A stretch of 64,000 nt of DNA from positions 992,001 to 1,056,000 of the forward strand of contig CDRNST010000011.1 in assembly GCA_977016875.1 (NCBI GenBank). Direction: 5' to 3'. The notes beneath the pieces are model-generated. The model did not search any database. It saw only the letters and a list, made by a program, of their open reading frames with translations, and was not told the origin of the DNA. The translations under genes and the position numbers were made by a program. Source of the stretch: Pavona decussata. Taxonomy: Eukaryota. Of this stretch, positions 60,288-64,000 are shown piece after piece (within the stretch, counting starts at the first letter, position 1; the number at the start of each line of letters is the position of its first letter).

Positions 60288-60978
60288 AAATTTCTAGTCG
60301 GGAGAAATTGGAGTAAGGTTTTCTCAGAAGCTCGTGATTTAATCTGGCACAACGCATACATGACTGCTATTAAATGTACCAAAAACACCAAACTGTTGAA
60401 TTTCAATTTAGATTTCTTCACCAAACGTTAGCAACAAACGTATCTTTAGTCAAAATGGGGTACAAGGATGACATGTACATTTTGCCATGAGGAAGCTGCA
60501 AATTTCATGCATCTTTTCTGGAACAGAACTTTTCTGGAAACACCTTATTGCTTCTCTAAAGGATTGTAACTTTTTATCCGAGGACTATCTTCTTAACAAT
60601 CTTGTTGTCTTGGGTCTGAAGCCTGATACTTCCAAAAATATAGCTGCAATTAACTTTCTTCTGTTACTTACGAGATTCTACATTTGGCTTTGCGGAAGCA
60701 AAGGAAATATTCCAACTATTGAAAATTTTAAGCTTTTATGAAACATTATAAGAAAAAAAATGGAACCTTCTCTTTAGTAACCTTTTACCAGTTTGAGGTC
60801 TCTCTCTCTTATTATTATTTTTTTTTTTGCACTTTCCTTCCTACCAGACATTGCCTTTCTTTTTCCTCGCTTCAATATTCAAAGTATATAAAGCTAAATT
60901 TCAGTGAATCAGCAGGCAAAATATTTTTCATTTCTTTTTCTTTTTCCATTATCCCTTTTATATAGTGGATATACATGT

Positions 60979-61034
60979 GTATGTATGTATGTATGTATGT
61001 ATGTATGTATGTATGTATGTATGTATGTATGTAT
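60979..61034. repeat. (GTAT)n microsatellite
   Basis: About 14 perfect units. Confidence 0.95.
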
Positions 61035-64000
61035 ATGTGTGCGCGTTTTTTTTTTGGTAGTGTAAGTAATCCTTATTGTAAATATAGGAATTTAGCTGTA
61101 TGTTTTTTTTTCATATAAGTAAACAGTAAGTATTGTAAGGGTTTGTATTGTAAGTAGCGTTCTGTTGTAGTGGTGTATGTAGCTTGAAATTGAAAGTGAT
61201 CTAAATAAAAAAAATTATTGAAAAAAACATTAACTAAATATTATTATAATAATTTTACCGGGCACAGAACTCATTTTAGCCCTCGCATGCGGCTTGGGCT
61301 AAAATGAGCCTGAGTCAGGCAGAATTCATATTTACGCCCACGAACATCAACTCCATTGTTATATTATATTTTAATTAAAATACCTTAGCTTAATTAAAGC
61401 CATTATCCTTTTTGACCATTTTAATTAACCAAGAGAACACATCAGGCAGCATATAGGTTCTTGCTTCTTACCTGTCTTTCTTACTCTTGCCTCACAAATC
61501 TCAAGTTGTGTTGCCTTGCCGTTTTCATGGCTGTCCTCATATACAACATATCCAGAGCTTTCATTGATAAATGAAAACTCCCATTTCTTTAATGGTGATA
61601 ACGCCTTGAAGTTTCTCTAGCAGTATATACCAACGTACTTTTGTAATTCCCTAGCTTAAGTTCAACTAGGGAATGGCACGAGAGACCAGGCCAATGACTA
61701 ATATCGAAGAGCATGTGGCTATCAGCACAGTGGAGGTTGTCCAGCAAAAGCTGAACAAAAATGGAAGCTGTGAATTTCAGCAGGGGTAGGCTATCTATCT
61801 ACAACTGTATTGGAATTTTCTTGATTATTAATTGTTGTTATATGGAAGATTATTATTTTTAGAGTGCAGTAAGTTTAAGGTAGATGTTGCAGTTACCCAG
61901 TAAATGTTATAATGGATTTCATTAATTTAGGGAAGAGGTTCTTGTCATGCATGACAATAGGAAAGTGGCAAGAGCTAGTAGTTTCCTGAAGAAGTCGTCG
62001 TCAAATGGTATGGTATTTTAATGTTTATATCAGCCCTTTCCACTGTTGTTAAGTAATAATAGTTAGTCCCAGTAGTATGGATCTAAGCTCACAATTAAGA
62101 CAGATTCCATTCAAAGTTCGAGCAATAAGTGAAAAAATTAGTTACTAAAAATTTACTCACAGCACAGTAACTTTTGGAATGCTATCTAAAACGACTCACT
62201 TTGGTTAATTTCTCTGAGTGACCCCGCAATTAAGTCCTAAAGCATTCTTGAGAAACTTAATGTCAAACATCATAATAATTTTTTAAAGTTTGTGTTATTG
62301 TGTTTTTAACTAAAGCGAAACATCTGTTTTAAGTGAAATATGGCTAACTTCAAGTTCAATTTTCTCTCGTTTCAACACTTCAGAGGACTAGTTGCATGCA
62401 GGGACTAGTCCCCTCATGTGTGCCGACCTTAAGTTTTGGAGGAAAGTCCTGAAAACCACGTGCATTCAAGTGACAGGTCCTTCCTGAAAATGATGGCAAA
62501 TTATAGCCGGTCAAATTGGCAGAGGAAAAATAAAACTGGAAGTGCCAAACGGAGAAAAGTTTCTTGAAGATATTGAGGTATGGTTTTGCATTACATTTTT
62601 CAGTTCCATACACTTATACATGAAGTTGACTACTAATAAGCTACCACACTGTGATACTGAGAGAAAACAACTTTGGTTTATCATTTGAAGGGACATATAT
62701 AAATAGCCCACTACAAAAATACTATGTCTCAAGGATTCTTCTTTTAATTTGGTCATGTATTGTATTTCAACTCGGCAATTTATATTTCAACTATCATATT
62801 GAATAATTTATAAGCACATGATATGGTTCCAGTACTAGTGAATATCCTATATGTCCTATATGTCTGACTTGATATCCTTGAGGAGGCGACTCCGCCACTG
62901 TTCGCCATTTCAGCGATCATAAAAATTAATACGACTTTGAGGGTTTAAAGCAGGTCAAAAAATGTCTTGGAAGGTTACAATTAAGCTAGTTCACATGTCC
63001 TCATTAAAAATCCTGATAAGTAATCTGATTATTAATATCCTTTTAGATGATGGCAGTAACACCACTGTATGTACGTTTACTTTAAAGAATGTTAGCAATT
63101 TACCATAAACACTGGCAGATAAGCTGCACTTTAATTTAAATGTATAATTTTCGTAACAAATCAGGAGTGCAGCTTAACTGATGATAAAAGAATTTTAATA
63201 TATGTTCATTTGTATTTACAGAATAGGACGTTTTACTGGCCCATGAGTGGGATTAAACAAAAGGGACCTTTTGCAGGAGGCAGATCAGGTGGCAAAGGAA
63301 ATGTCACTTCCTCAAAGTCTCCACCTGTAACTGTACATGTAACACTGGAAGAAGCTTCAAGCCTAACAGCAGCCCTTGCCTCCATTTTACCACCACCAAT
63401 GCCACCTACAGAAACCAGCACTGCCAAAAGGTACACCACCACCACCCACAACTTCACAAGCACTGCACAGAACACTACCACTGCCACAATTAACACCACC
63501 ATCTTCACAGCCCTCCACTCCACAAGTCATTGATGCCAACACATATAGATACCAACCTCGTCACAGTCATCTACCACATGCACCAAAGGAAGAAAAAAGA
63601 AAAGATCCCAACCATGGGGTTTATGTACCAGTCACTGACAACAATAATCAGGAAGCGGAAGAGTTACCAAAAAAGGCCAAGAAAAACCAAAAAAGTTTTT
63701 ATGCATACGACTAAGACTTAATTTTAAATTGTTAGAAACTTTTATTTGTCTTAATCAGACCATGCCGCTACTCTGCAAATGTTTAAATGTTGTCATGGTT
63801 AATGTTTCAATTTTTATCTATGAAATACTAGAATTTTGTTATTTAATATATAAATATTTTTATGATGGGAGGGTTAGTTCTAATATATACCAATTTTAAT
63901 CCACCCAGAGACATCAAAACCAAAAAGGTATTTGAATCTTGATAGTAAAATGTATGTTTTAATACAAATTGGCCTTTAATTTTAGGTAGGTTTATTTAAT

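Larger units (their letters stand above)
59340..61227 (+). mobile_element. L1/Tx1-like LINE 3' end with 3' UTR and A-rich tail
   Basis: LWYNSLI; FLSPTEFESKY; TKNTKL..F.FRFLH..LATN..L.KMG..CTFC....MHLF (zf-RVT-like, frameshifted); AATAAA and A-tract at 61204-61227. Confidence 0.7.

Noticed and set aside
63210-63721. Pro/Thr-rich ORFs as a host gene
   Set aside because: Low complexity, overlapping short frames, no recognisable domain; may be a decayed exon but cannot be supported.

Overview
AT-rich eukaryotic DNA with spliceosomal introns and microsatellites. I infer an invertebrate animal, probably a cnidarian or stony coral, from the repeat families. I found no intact host gene: almost the whole window is nested or abutting transposon debris. 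The one long intact ORF is the gag-pol (30469-36759) of a young BEL/Pao LTR retrotransposon (29798-37329, 541-bp LTRs identical by eye). It sits in a mariner-type element, which sits in an L1/Tx1 LINE. Other remnants are DIRS-like, Kolobok, CR1/L2, Gypsy (with a MYND finger), Penelope, Sola3 (~870-bp TIRs, TTAA TSD), Harbinger-like, IS3EU and Academ elements, many MITEs, an endogenous HUH+SF3 Rep pseudogene, and HECT and alpha-kinase fragments. Five observations stand out. (1) A TSD-flanked foldback IS3EU element (46159-48294) is built from two inverted copies of the transposase 5' region, a Mu-killer-like hairpin. (2) The BEL element lacks a tRNA PBS but has a Tf1-like self-priming complement. 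(3) There is a ssDNA-virus-like Rep fossil. (4) Coding fragments are strongly biased to the + strand, as in a uni-strand piRNA cluster. (5) A tandem tRNA-containing unit is inserted in a LINE. All family assignments come from motif recognition by eye, not database searches.
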